The translations under genes were made by a program, and so were the position numbers. A model generated the notes under the pieces. It saw only the letters and a program-made list of their open reading frames with translations, made no database searches and was not told the DNA's origin. This document shows, in pieces, positions 25,790 to 36,952 of a DNA stretch of 64,000 nucleotides (position 1 is its first letter; the number at the start of each line of letters is the position of its first letter). This stretch comes from Lama guanicoe. Taxonomy: Eukaryota. The stretch spans positions 1,302,001 to 1,366,000 of the forward strand of contig MU055783.1 of assembly GCA_013239625.1 (NCBI GenBank). Reading direction: 5' to 3'.

Positions 25790-26309
25790 GTGAGGAGACA
25801 CACAGGCCTCCCTCAGGGAGGGAGGGTTCTGCCTGGCTCTGCAGGCAGTGTCCCTGGTAAGGCATTAGGACCCTGATGCGTTGTAAGGGTACCATCTCGG
25901 GCAGACCCCCATCTCCATCAGTGTCCTGAGGGCTGTGAACAGATGTGTCTCATGACATCAGAATTCTTGAGCTTGACCACCTCCCAACCCCCAGCCATGG
26001 AAGAAAATACACACAAGTTGTTGAAAAGCTAGCAAACATGACAAATTACAGATAAGCTGCCTGCTTCTGGGCCTTAACTTCAATCTCAAGAAGCGGGGAA
26101 CAGGTTGGCCAAGATTGAATCTAGATCACTGCTCTAATTCTCTGTCATTCATGGGCCCCGGTGTATGTCCTGCCTCAGCCTGAGTCCGAGCCCTCACTTC
26201 CTTGCGTCAGCACCTTTTGACTGATTGCAGCAATTCTGCCTTTGTCTCTGTAACTGGTCAAAGGTCAGGTTTGAACTCGGAGCTTGTGCCGCCCATGGCA
26301 TGAAGGCTC

Positions 26310-26328
26310 AAGCCACAAGATGGCGCTA
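26310..26328 (+). promoter_or_regulatory. CTCF-like motif overlapping a YY1-type AAGATGGCG
   Basis: AAGCCACAAGATGGCGCTA. Confidence 0.6.
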
Positions 26329-26849
26329 CACTGACTGGTAAGGCCAGCTGCCTACTTTCCAGGGTACAACTCCTCTCTGGTCAGATCCATACTCTGTGCT
26401 CTCATCTTAAGTGTCTCGGAGGTGCAACGAGGCAATAGGAATGGATGTATAGGTTGGGCTGGTTTATGGCATGAAGAAAAACCACTTCAAAGCTGAGGAT
26501 AGCTTTAGAAAGCTTACCCCGCTGCAGGTCATTCACTCTCTGGCTCTCCCTCAGGACAGCCTTAAAATCCCTCTCCTGGCTGCACTCCATTGTGGGTGAC
26601 GGGAGGAGTGAACCTTGCATGGACAGCCATTCCTACAAACAGGCAGCAATGCTGGAGGATTTCTCTTTCTCAGGGATGAGGATGGGGAGGGGTGGGCTGT
26701 CTGACTGAGACCTGCAGTGGATCTGAGGTGTTTAACCAGCCCCTCCACAAGGGCACTGTAGTTCAGCTGGCTCCCAGGTGGTAAAGACAGTTCTGAAACC
26801 TGTTGCACTATACCTGCTGTGTGTGTGGGGCGGGGGGGGGGTATATAGT

Positions 26850-27180
26850 ATTGAATTTACCATCTTAACTATTTTTAATTATACAGTTCAGTATTAAGAG
26901 TACCCCTACATTGTTGTGTAACCATCACCACCATCCATCTCCAGAATTCTTTTCACCTCGCAAAACTGAAACCGTAGACCTATTAAGCACTAACTCTCCA
27001 CTCCCTCGCACCCCCAGTCCCTGGCAACCAACATTCTACTTTGACTCTTCTGGGTATTGACTCTTCTAGGTATCTTTGTAAGCAGGATCACATACAGTAC
27101 TTGTCTTTTTGTGAGTGGCTTATTTCACTCAGCATAATGTCCTGAAGGTTCATCCATGTTGTTAAGGGGTCAGAATTTCC
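26850..27180 (-). mobile_element. L1M 3' end fragment
   Basis: atttaccatcttaactattttt...aaccatcaccaccatccatctccagaa...tggcttatttcactcagcataatg. Confidence 0.8.
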
Positions 27181-27991
27181 CTGGGTCTAACATGTGGGTT
27201 CCAGCTGTCTTTCTTACTGTATCACCAGCTATACTGTCTATAGGTTAAATAACCCTGTGTGGGCATCACACATGTGCACATGATAGCCCGTGGACGTATG
27301 CATGCTGGTCTCAAGCTCTGACTTCAGTCCTCCTTTCACATCATCTCCCAGTGCCACACACAGTACGCTCTGTTCGGGTCGTCCGTACGAGCTACACTGT
27401 CCCTTCACCTTAAATGCAGCTCTTCTCTACCCAACAGAAGTGCGCTCAGCTGTGCCCTCTTGTGGGCAATCTTCCCCAGAATTCCAAGGAACAAGTTTCC
27501 CCCTTCAATTCCCTGGGCTTAACTTCTGTTGTATTTTCAATATCTAGAGATACTGCCAGTTTGTGTGCCCATCTTTCTGGAGTAAGAACAAAATCCGTAT
27601 CTTTCTTGCCCTTTTTTTTTTAACCTCAGAACATACCACTAAGCAGTCAGTAAATCTTTATTGACATGAGTAAATGGATAGATGGATGACTTTTTTTTTT
27701 AAAGGAACTAAACGGGTGCGTGCACACCTATACACACACACACAAAATCCATTCATGCACCTTTCAAATGTATTGTCACGAGATAAGGAGTAACCCCGAG
27801 TACTCTGTACACCTGGAAAAAGGCATTTCCTTTAGAGAACAATTCCCAGTCTAAAGATGCATGCCTTTTCCATTGACTCCATCCTCAACTGCCTAACTCC
27901 CCCTGAACGCCAGCTGGCATTCCCGACTCCTGCCTTGGGGAGTTGGGTCCAGCGGATCCAACGGGCAGCAGCGTCTGCTGATGTGTTGCAG

Positions 27992-28162
27992 ACGGCTCCG
28001 CCTGCACCATGTCCGAGTGGATCACCTGGTCACCCTGTAGCATCTCCTGCGGCACCGGCATGCGGTCCCGCGAGAGGTATGTGAAGCAGTTCCCGGAGGA
28101 CGGCTCTGTGTGCACGCTGCCCACCGAGGAGAAGGAGAAGTGCACAGTCAACGAAGAGTGCT
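27992..28162 (+). CDS. SPON1: SPON1 exon 12 (TSR2): DGSACTMSEWITWSPCSISCG...VNEEC
   Basis: ttgcag| acceptor, |gtgagt donor; 171 bp, phase 1-1. Confidence 0.97.
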
Positions 28163-28239
28163 GTGAGTGGGGCACGGGGCGGGTGGAGGCCGGGGTCTCG
28201 AGACTGCCAACGCGACACCAACGGCACAGGAATCCCCAG

Positions 28240-28407
28240 CTCCCAGCAGCTGCCTGATGACCGAGTGGGGCGAGTGGGACGAGTGCAGCGCCACCTGCGG
28301 GATGGGCATGAAGAAGCGGCACCGCATGGTGAAGATGAGCCCCGCGGACGGTTCCATGTGCAAGGCCGAGACGTCTCAGGCAGAGAAGTGCATGATGCCC
28401 GAGTGCC
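28240..28407 (+). CDS. SPON1: SPON1 exon 13 (TSR3): SPSSCLMTEWGEWDECSATCG...CMMPEC
   Basis: ccccag| acceptor, |gtgagt donor; 168 bp, phase 1-1. Confidence 0.96.
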
Positions 28408-29270
28408 GTGAGTGGGCGTGAGGTGGGCGTGGGGGAGAGGACTGAGGACCACAGCAGCCCCTACTATTACCACCATCAAGGCTGGGCAGATGCAGGGGGA
28501 AAATACAGACCCTGTCCTTACAGGGTACTGCTAGGAGCAAGATGAGGGCTATAGGTATGACGGCATCAACCAGACTGAGAGAGCAGCCGCCTTTAAGGGC
28601 CATTCTGAGTAACGCTAGGGTGGCAAACTGGTGGCCTCTGGATAGAATTCACTTGTGGCTGTGTTTTATACGACCCCAGAGTATCTTGGGGGTGGGGGTG
28701 ATTGATAGATGCAGACAAGATGTGCATTCTCCAGGTCATCACAGACCTCTCATTCTTATTCTCCTTGGAGTTGCCTGTGGTCCCATGTGCTGCATTAGAA
28801 TTCCTGCTCTATACACAAATGCATATAGGCCCATACATCACTACACAGATGTACACATGCACCCAGGTACACGCACATTCTAGAGACTTCAGCACCAAAG
28901 TGTCCAAAAACACATCCTTGAGCCTGTCTTTTAGTGCATGGCTCTTGGGGCATGTGGGATGTTTGTCTCTGGGAAGACCCCATTCAGACTCTCGGGTGTT
29001 TCAAGTGGGGATGTGTGCATTCATATTACTAAGCCACATCTGCTGTCACATCATGACCACCAGCTGAGCCAGGGGAAATGCAGGAGTGACAAGAGCAGTC
29101 AGTAGTCTGCTGAGCCACTCCTTGCTCCATGGGGGTCACCTGGATTATCTGAACCCATTGGTCAATTTCACATGAGGTGCCCTGCGCGTGGGACAGTGAA
29201 GAGTTTGGAATCATCTACCTCTCTAGGGCAGGGGGCCTGATCTCAGTAGCAAACCTGGTTCTTGACCTAG

Positions 29271-29435
29271 ACACCATTCCATGCTTGCTGTCCCCATGGT
29301 CCGAGTGGAGCGACTGCAGCGTGACCTGTGGGAAGGGCATGAGGACCCGCCAGCGGATGCTCAAGTCTCTGGCCGAACTCGGGGACTGTAACGAGGAGCT
29401 GGAGCAGGTGGAAAAGTGCATGCTGCCTGAATGCC
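29271..29435 (+). CDS. SPON1: SPON1 exon 14 (TSR4): HTIPCLLSPWSEWSDCSVTCG...CMLPEC
   Basis: cctag| acceptor, |gtaagt donor; 165 bp, phase 1-1; CSVTCG motif. Confidence 0.97.
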
Positions 29436-31404
29436 GTAAGTCCTGGAGCTCCTGGGAGCCACCTCTCCTCTCCTCCTGTTAACCAGCCCTGTGCGAGATC
29501 ATTTGCTGGGGAGAAAGAGCACAGGCCTAGGATCTCTGTAGCAGTAAAGTATTTAAACTTCCATCTTCTCAGGAGTAATAGGGGATCCCACTACTATCTC
29601 CTTAATACCCAAACTGCATGATGCCGTGAAGTCTAAACAGGAGGCTTGGATGAAAAACAGCACAGGCTCAGTAAAACTTATTTCATAGTTTTCCACCCCT
29701 CCCCAGATTAGAGGCTTGTCTGACCCCTGGGTTTTCCAAGGGTTTTAATCCTTTCTCCTCCCTGTGACCATCTTATGTGACCATGACCAGAAGGTGGACA
29801 TCAAACCAGTGACTCCTGTTATCTTTGCAGCCTTGATAGTAGACAGGCCAGCAAACCAATAAGCTGAGCTTTCAGAAGTCCAAGGCCCACTCCCATCTCC
29901 TCCCAGATCTTTGTGATCAGCTGTGTTTATTACCTGGGGACTGATTTGCAAGGAGAGCCCATCTTTCTGGCTAGTCTGTCGTGACAGCTTCCCTTTCAGG
30001 TGGTGGGAAGCCAGCCATGCTTGCTGAGATCTGTTTTCTGGCTTCCTCTGAAATGCACTTGCAGTCTTCTGTGGTTCCTCTCTCTTGTATTACTCAGGCT
30101 GCCTGCCCGAGTGCAGATCCCAGCTCTGTCCCTTACTGGCTGCATAAACTTCAGCAGATTACTTAGAATAGCAAGAAAGACATCTTAGCTTGCTCTGCGA
30201 ATTAAACCACAGAACTGGTACAAAGTGCCGAGCACTGGACCTGGAGAGTGCAGCCTCCGTCAGTGTTATGTAGACCAATTCCTGAGCTTTTTTAAACCAG
30301 ACTCAGCCATGTGTGGAGGTGACTCAGGCCATCAAATTAAATAAAGCCTGCACTTTTTAATAATTAAGATTGACCCAGAGTTCAGCCCAGCTGGGGTTCC
30401 AGAACCTTCTGAGACGCTGTAACCAACTTAAACAAAACTCTATAGCCACAAGGTCCACTGAATGAAGGGAGAAAAGAAAGAATATTTAAATACTAACCAA
30501 CTGTGGGCCAAGAATTGGGCTGGGAGCATTATTCCCCTCAATCCTCACAACCTGATGAGAAAATTACCATCATACCCATGATGCGTACAGGAAAGCTGCC
30601 GGAGCTCCCACAGGGAGAAAAGGCCCGAGACTGTGAACAAAACGAGTTCTTGCTACGTCTCTCCAGCCTGGTCCTCACTTTGCAAAGGCAGTGGAGAGTT
30701 TGGAATCATCTACCTCTCTAGGAGACATCCTGAGAGTCACTCTGTTAAGCTGTTCTCCCTCCACATTTTGAGATGCTGGCTTAATGAGAACTTGCTGGAT
30801 CTCTTACTGTGATAAGGCAGGACACCACTTGCTCCTGTCCCTCTTCTCTACTGAATTTCCCACTTCCGACTCCTGTGTTTTTTGCAGACTGCCACACAGA
30901 AGACCCAGGATGATGTCGAGAACAAGAGACACTGCCTGGGTCTTACTGCAAGTCAGTGTCCTTAGTACTGTCCACAGGGTTCAGCTCTGAAAAATGGCAC
31001 CAGTGAGCTATGCCTTCCCTGAGAAAATCAGGGTCCTCTGCTGTGGGAAGCTGGTCTGTGTCACTTGAGGCTAACTTGATACTCTTCTAGAAGCTTGCAG
31101 GGCAAGAGGCTTTGAACTCATCTTCAAAGTCCCCCCAAAGCCATCTCAAATCATAAAGAGGGCAAAGAAGGTTGGCTATGATTTGGGCACTAACCTTGCA
31201 TATACTGCTTACCAACCATGTGGGCTAGATAATCTGTCTCTTGGAGCCTCAGTTTCTACTTTCATAAAAACAGTTTCTACTTCCATAAAAACAGTACCTG
31301 TTTTGAACATTTTAACACAAGCCTATGAGAAATGCCAAGGAGTATAAGTGACAGTATCTTGTTTCAGACATGAGATGCACTCATGCCCATCTCTCTCTTG
31401 CCAG

Positions 31405-31668
31405 CCATTGACTGTGAGCTCACCGAGTGGTCCCAGTGGTCAGAATGTAACAAGTCATGTGGGAAAGGCCACATGATCCGAACCCGCATGATCCAAATGG
31501 AGCCTCAGTTTGGAGGTGCACCCTGCCCAGAGACTGTGCAGCGGAAAAGGTGCCGTGTCCGGAAATGCCTCCGAAATCCATCCATTCAGAAGCTGCGCTG
31601 GAGGGAGGCCCGAGAGAGCCGGAGGAGTGAGCAGCTGAGGGAAGAGTCCGATGGGGAGCAGTTTCCAG
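31405..31668 (+). CDS. SPON1: SPON1 exon 15 (TSR5 plus basic linker): PIDCELTEWSQWSECNKSCG...GEQFP
   Basis: ttgccag| acceptor, |gtactg donor; 264 bp, phase 1-1. Confidence 0.97.
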
Positions 31669-32741
31669 GTACTGTCTAAAGTGCAAGGCTGGCCTTCCAG
31701 GAGATGTCAAAGCAGGGAAAACCAGAGCGGATTTTAAAGAACTTGGAGGAGTTTGCCAGTTAAAGAAGGGCATCCCAGGCAGCAGGAGTAGTAACTGCAA
31801 AGACAGGGAGACACTAAAGAGCAAGAGATGTTCAAGTAGAAAGTGGGATGCAGGAGGAACACACTACAGGGGGAGGCAGGAAACCCAGCTGGGGAGGTAG
31901 GGACTTCACTCTGTAGATGAAGGTTTTAAGAACAGTGACTTTAACTGACCTGTGTTGAGTGGTTTGGAGGTGGCAAAAACAGGCAGAGGCGCCAGTTAAA
32001 TTTTCTGTATAGCCCAGAAGAGAGATTATGTGTCCCCCTTCCTCCAGCATAACTTGAGGGAATTCCAGGACTTAAACAAGCCTGCCTAGAGCCTCACTGC
32101 TGAATAAGCTGGTCCAAGCCAAGAGTGCAATATCGTCAGCAAAAACGATGAAACAATAGTTGGGAAGATCCATGGTCAGTCTTGGGTCCAGGCCAATTGA
32201 TGGTCTTTGGCTTCCCTGGAGTGGGTGACGAAGGTGCTGTGTGTAAGTGAAGGTTAGTGGGTTTCTACTTTTAAAAGTACAGCTCAAATTACCCCTTTTT
32301 CTTTTCTCTTCCTTGAAACATTACACCTCCACCTAGACAATGAGAGAAGTGCAGTTACAAGGAGCTACCTGAAGCTCACAATCTTTCCACTAGGGAGACA
32401 CTCCCATACCAAAATGCTGTCTGTTGCACATGGTGGTCAGAGGCCAGTCAACATTCATTATGCCCAACTATGTGCCAGGCAAGCACTATGCCGTGAAACT
32501 TAGCTTCGTATTGACTGGATAATCATAACTGTGATTGGTTTTACAAAGGAGTAACATACAAAGCACTACAGAAGCTTTTTTGTTTTTACCCAAAGATGTA
32601 ACCTAATCTGGGGGTCAGCAAAGTCTTAAGAAAGGCAAACCTATCTATAGAGGAAAAACAAATTATATTTGAGTTTACTTAGCATAGGGGGGAAGCTAAG
32701 TCCTTGGGGGAGCAATGCATAAGAGAAAGTGATTAATTGCT

Positions 32742-33160
32742 TGTTGAGTGGTTGCTGCATTAAGAAGCCACCCCAAAACAAATGAAATTAACACGATTCT
32801 ATAGGGCAGGGACTTTGGCTGAGTCAGCTGGATGATTCTTCTGGGGTCTAGCTTAGGCTCATCCAAGTGGGTGCTGTCAGCTGATGGCTCACCTGGGGCT
32901 GAAGGTCTCGACCGGCCTCACCTGTGCTCCTGGGGCCTCTCTCCACGTGTTCTCTCCAGCAGATAGCCAGGCTTGCTTACACAGTGGTGGAAAAGTTCCT
33001 GACAGCTGTTTCCAAGCCATGTTTGCTCAGGTCCCACTGACCAAAAGTAAAGTCATATAGCCAAGCCCAGATTCAAGAGGTGCAGTAGCAGACTCCACCC
33101 CTTGATGGGAAAAAACTGCAAAGTATTTATGGCTTTTTTTTTTTTTTGCAGTCTATCACA
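32742..33160. mobile_element. MLT1-type MaLR LTR
   Basis: ccaccccaaaac...gtcatatagccaagcccagattcaag...gactccaccccttgatggga...tctatcaca. Confidence 0.7.
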
Positions 33161-33321
33161 TATGAGCTCACAGTCCCTAATAAGGACTCGAGCCATTATT
33201 TAAATAAACAAGAGCAGACAAGAAGCTCAGACAACTAAGTTGACAGTTGTTTACAGAAGTTCAGCATCCTTGTTCTTCCCCCAATGTCTGCTGGCCTAAC
33301 CAGGTCTTCTCATGCTTTCAG

Positions 33322-33485
33322 GCTGCAGGATGCGCCCCTGGACAGCCTGGTCAGAATGCACCAAACTATGTGGAGGCGGAATTCAGGAACGCTACATGAC
33401 TGTAAAGAAGAGGTTCAAAAGCTCCCAGTTTACCAGCTGTAAAGACAAGAAGGAGATCAGAGCATGCAATGTCCACCCATGTTAG
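33322..33485 (+). CDS. SPON1: SPON1 exon 16 coding part (TSR6): GCRMRPWTAWSECTKLCGGG...KKRFKSSQF...CNVHPC*
   Basis: tttcag| acceptor; TAG stop at 33483-33485. The ten exons total 1599 nt (532 aa plus stop), consistent with residues 276-807 of an 807-aa F-spondin. Confidence 0.97.
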
Positions 33486-34908
33486 CAAGGGTACACGTCT
33501 CCCAGGGCTGCACTCTAAATCCCACAGTCACCAATGGCTGGATTGTTTGTTTGTTTGTTTAAGGCAATTTAAATCGTGTATACTAGTTTTCTTTTCTGCA
33601 GTGTGGTCTGCCCAGTAGTCTTGTGGATGCCAGGGACATCCTTCTGTACACTTCTTGGTGGGCAAAATCTGAGAGGGGCTCCGTCATCCTCAGCTGGCCC
33701 TCCTGCAGCACAAGTTAGTGTCCGCTACCCGGTACTGAACAGAACTGTGTCCCTCTGCAGCATCCACCTGGGCAGCAGGACAGAGACCCAGGCCTCCTTC
33801 ACAGGGAGAGGCCACTGTGTCTGCAAATAACTGTGCTTCGGTTCCAGGGTGTGGCAGGGAGGAAACATTCCTGATCAGGTGGAGAGCAGATTCCCCTCGT
33901 TCTCGTCTGTGGCCTGCTTGCTCTTGCAGGAAACTATTGTTTGCCCATCTCTTCTTGTTTAGTGGAACTTAGGGTCCCTTGTTGAGTCTCCTCAGTCATC
34001 AGTAGCTCTTGGGGAAAACAGCTGGCAGACGTGATGCTGGGTGGCTTTTCTTCTTTCATCGAGAAGTTGTGAATACGTGTATCTCACCCCCTAATATTGG
34101 TCCTGATACCACAAAGGAAAAAAGTGATGGCTGCTTCATTTGAATGTAAAGCAACCAGTTCTTACAGCCAAAGGAAAAGGTACCAAGTCCAGAAATTGTT
34201 TTTCCCTTGTTTTGCAGGGTTTGGGGGACACAATTCTCTTAGGAAGCCAGCTTTACAAAACTTCTGATACTAGATCCTTACTAGAACCAAGGCCAAGGCA
34301 GCAAAACTGGCCTCTGTAGAAGTCCCAAACCTGAGTTTTTAAAATCTTCTGACACGCAGCTAGGTTTTTAAGTTTTCAAACCAGTTTCTAACAAGAAAAC
34401 ATTGTTTTATTTATGTAAACATTTTGCTGAGTTGGTCCACAGCCTAGCATGCCATTCCTTCAACAAAAATACTATCTCTACTTGAAAAGTTTTGGGATTT
34501 TTTTTTTTTAAAGACAAATCTAGGGGAAAAGGAATGGTACAGAATCAAGCTTGGCAGAGAAGTCTGGTGGGAAGTCAAACCTGTGTCAGCTCTCCACACC
34601 AGGGGTCTGGTCCTCCAACACAACCACAGGGAAGGTCATGGTTTCCCATCCCCTCCTGAGCACTCATAAGCACACCAAATTCAGAGATACCGACTGCCAA
34701 GGTTTAGTGTAAAAGGACATTTCACTGAGAAGAGTCTATCAGCAGGTTTTACTTATTCATTTGTTGTTGAAATTATTGTTTCGTTTGTTTCAGGCCTTCG
34801 TTATCATGCTTAATCCAAATACGTACCATGGATGAGATGCATACAATGCTTTGAATACATTACTTTAAGAATGTGCATCAAACACATCAGGATATTTCCA
34901 GACACAAC

Positions 34909-34930
34909 ATATATATATATATATATATAT
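34909..34930. repeat. (AT)11 microsatellite in the SPON1 3'UTR
   Basis: Perfect dinucleotide run. Confidence 0.95.
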
Positions 34931-34981
34931 GCTATAGCCGTGATCTGTACTATTTTCTTTATAACACAAGAGAGATTGTTC

Positions 34982-34987
34982 AATAAA
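34982..34987 (+). terminator. Candidate proximal SPON1 polyadenylation signal AATAAA
   Basis: AATAAA followed by a GU/U-rich downstream element (ttttgtgttttagtttt, about 35003-35019). Confidence 0.5.
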
Positions 34988-35632
34988 CTCATTGGGTCTA
35001 TCTTTTGTGTTTTAGTTTTAAACGAATTCAGTGTTCAGAAAGTTGGGCCTTTTTTACAACTGTTATCCATTTCAATCACATTTAGCTAAAAGATACGCCT
35101 TTTGCTCCCTCATTCTTATCATTATTACCACATCCCTGAGCTTTCTGGAGGTTTGAGTTGTTTCCAAAATTATTATTTTTTTCATCCTTAAGTGAACTGC
35201 TTTCTCCCTGAACAAAGCAGCATAATATAAGGAAATAAGAGGTTTAATTTTCTACTTGGAAAAAAAGTAAGTCCTGATACAGAATCTGCCCACTTTTGCA
35301 ACATTTACTGTTAGCTGTCTGGAGGCATCTTTCCTCTCACCTACGAAAATCAAAGTTCCATATAACAGCAATTCCTAAGCAACTAAAGACAAGCCACCCT
35401 AGTTTCTCATGTTTTTATCTGGTCTCTACTGGGTACATTTTTAATCCTCATTTTGGAGACTTAAAACCAGGCAACTGGTTAATGGCTGAGAATGGGTAAC
35501 ATGCTTCTTGTTACATAAGTTGTTATTCTTTTGTTTGTTTCCAAGGGGGAATTTATAAGCATCAGATCTCTTTCTTACCAAAGTCTTCTGTTAGGTGGTT
35601 TATAGTTTTTCTGGCTAACTAATCATTTTGGA

Positions 35633-35638
35633 AATAAA
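35633..35638 (+). terminator. Probable distal SPON1 polyadenylation signal AATAAA
   Basis: Canonical hexamer with U-rich upstream context about 2.15 kb after the stop. Confidence 0.65.
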
Positions 35639-36744
35639 GACTTTTTAATACAAAAATGAAATCTGCTTGGACTTCCACTTGAGAAAGTAAACAGATTATC
35701 AGACACTCAGTAAAAATTGCCATATAAAGAACAACTACACTTGTGTATATTTTTATCAATGCCAAACCACTTGGACTTCAGTTTACATTCAAACTGTAAG
35801 ATGACAATAAGTTCAGAGATATATTCCCCAGCCAGACATGGGGTCACTCACCTGTCAACTTGCCAGTGCATTATTTGAAGGAACTCTGTTGTAGCAAATG
35901 AAAATAAAGTCTGGGCTTCTTCAGACCCAGAATTAAAAAAATTTTAAGATTTTGTGCTGGTTTTAATTTGACCTCTGTGTATTAAACATGTTTTAGGCAC
36001 AGTCGAGGTCTGTATACTTCTTCCAGGAAGTTAGGGATACATTATACATTCTCACATGACTACAATTCTCCAGAAATTTAATCCAGGTTAAGTCTGCCGC
36101 TAAAATGTCAAGACATAAAAATTCTCATGTCAAATTATTTCTGTGACCTAACAACAGTCCACATGTTTCAGACAATAGTTTAAAGGAGTTAAATATCAAA
36201 TTGTATCAGGACTGTACGGTCTGTTCCTTTCCCCCAAGAGTTAAATATTCATATCCTAAGAAATAGACAGCACTATCCAAATAAGACTAAATAAAAATGT
36301 ATAACCTCTAATTATAACACAGAATCAAGGAAGACCTAGAGATTCCACTGTTTGGTACTATTAATTTTCATAATAGAATGATTCATTTTGTTTTTCATAT
36401 TGCCACAAGTAGGGAGAATGAATGAAAATAAAATAGTCCCTTTTGAAAATGAGATGCTGTAACCAACTATAAATAACAGCTGAATGCTAATGAGCACAAA
36501 GATAATTTTTCAATTTAAATCCTTTGAAATCTGTGGGCAAAAGATCTATACTAAAATGTCGAATTTAAATAACAGCATACCTGCTTCAGAAACACTGTCA
36601 GTTTAGAAGGTCTTACATGCTCTGTCAGGCAGAGGCAGAAGTTGTAATGGTTAAGCACGGGGAACCTGAGTTCAAACCACTGCTGTGCCCATAAATAGCT
36701 GTGAGAGTGGGCCAGTCTTTTCATGCTTTCTGGCCTCAGGCTTT

Positions 36745-36952
36745 GTCACAAGCTTTCTTACACTAGAGGATTTCCCTACCCCAAAGTTCTCACCTTGTGA
36801 GTGGATCCTGACGATACCCTGGCAATGGGGGTCACTGAATGCCAGTTTTACCCTACCAGTCCCTCGCTTCCTCATCAACCAGTAAATGCCCAGTTAAAGC
36901 TGGCTTGAGTTGCATTTCTGTCACTTATGACTGATAATGCCCTGACAAAATA
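36745..36952 (+). mobile_element. MLT1-type LTR 3' fragment next to a MIR
   Basis: Ends aagctggcttgagttgcatttctgtcactt...cctgacaaaata. Confidence 0.5.

Larger units (their letters stand above)
33486..35660 (+). other. SPON1: SPON1 3'UTR (end approximate)
   Basis: Follows the stop codon, carries no obvious interspersed repeat, and ends near AATAAA at 35633-35638. Confidence 0.7.

Noticed and set aside
29194-30722. A link between the 1495-bp spacing of the 34-bp repeat and the 1492-bp duplication spacing
   Set aside because: The sequences are unrelated and about 27 kb apart; the similar distances appear coincidental.
33483-33518. Stop-codon readthrough of SPON1 (TAG CAA)
   Set aside because: The context TAG-CAA-GGG matches neither CARYYA nor the mammalian TGA-CTAG motif, and an in-frame TAA follows after 10 codons.
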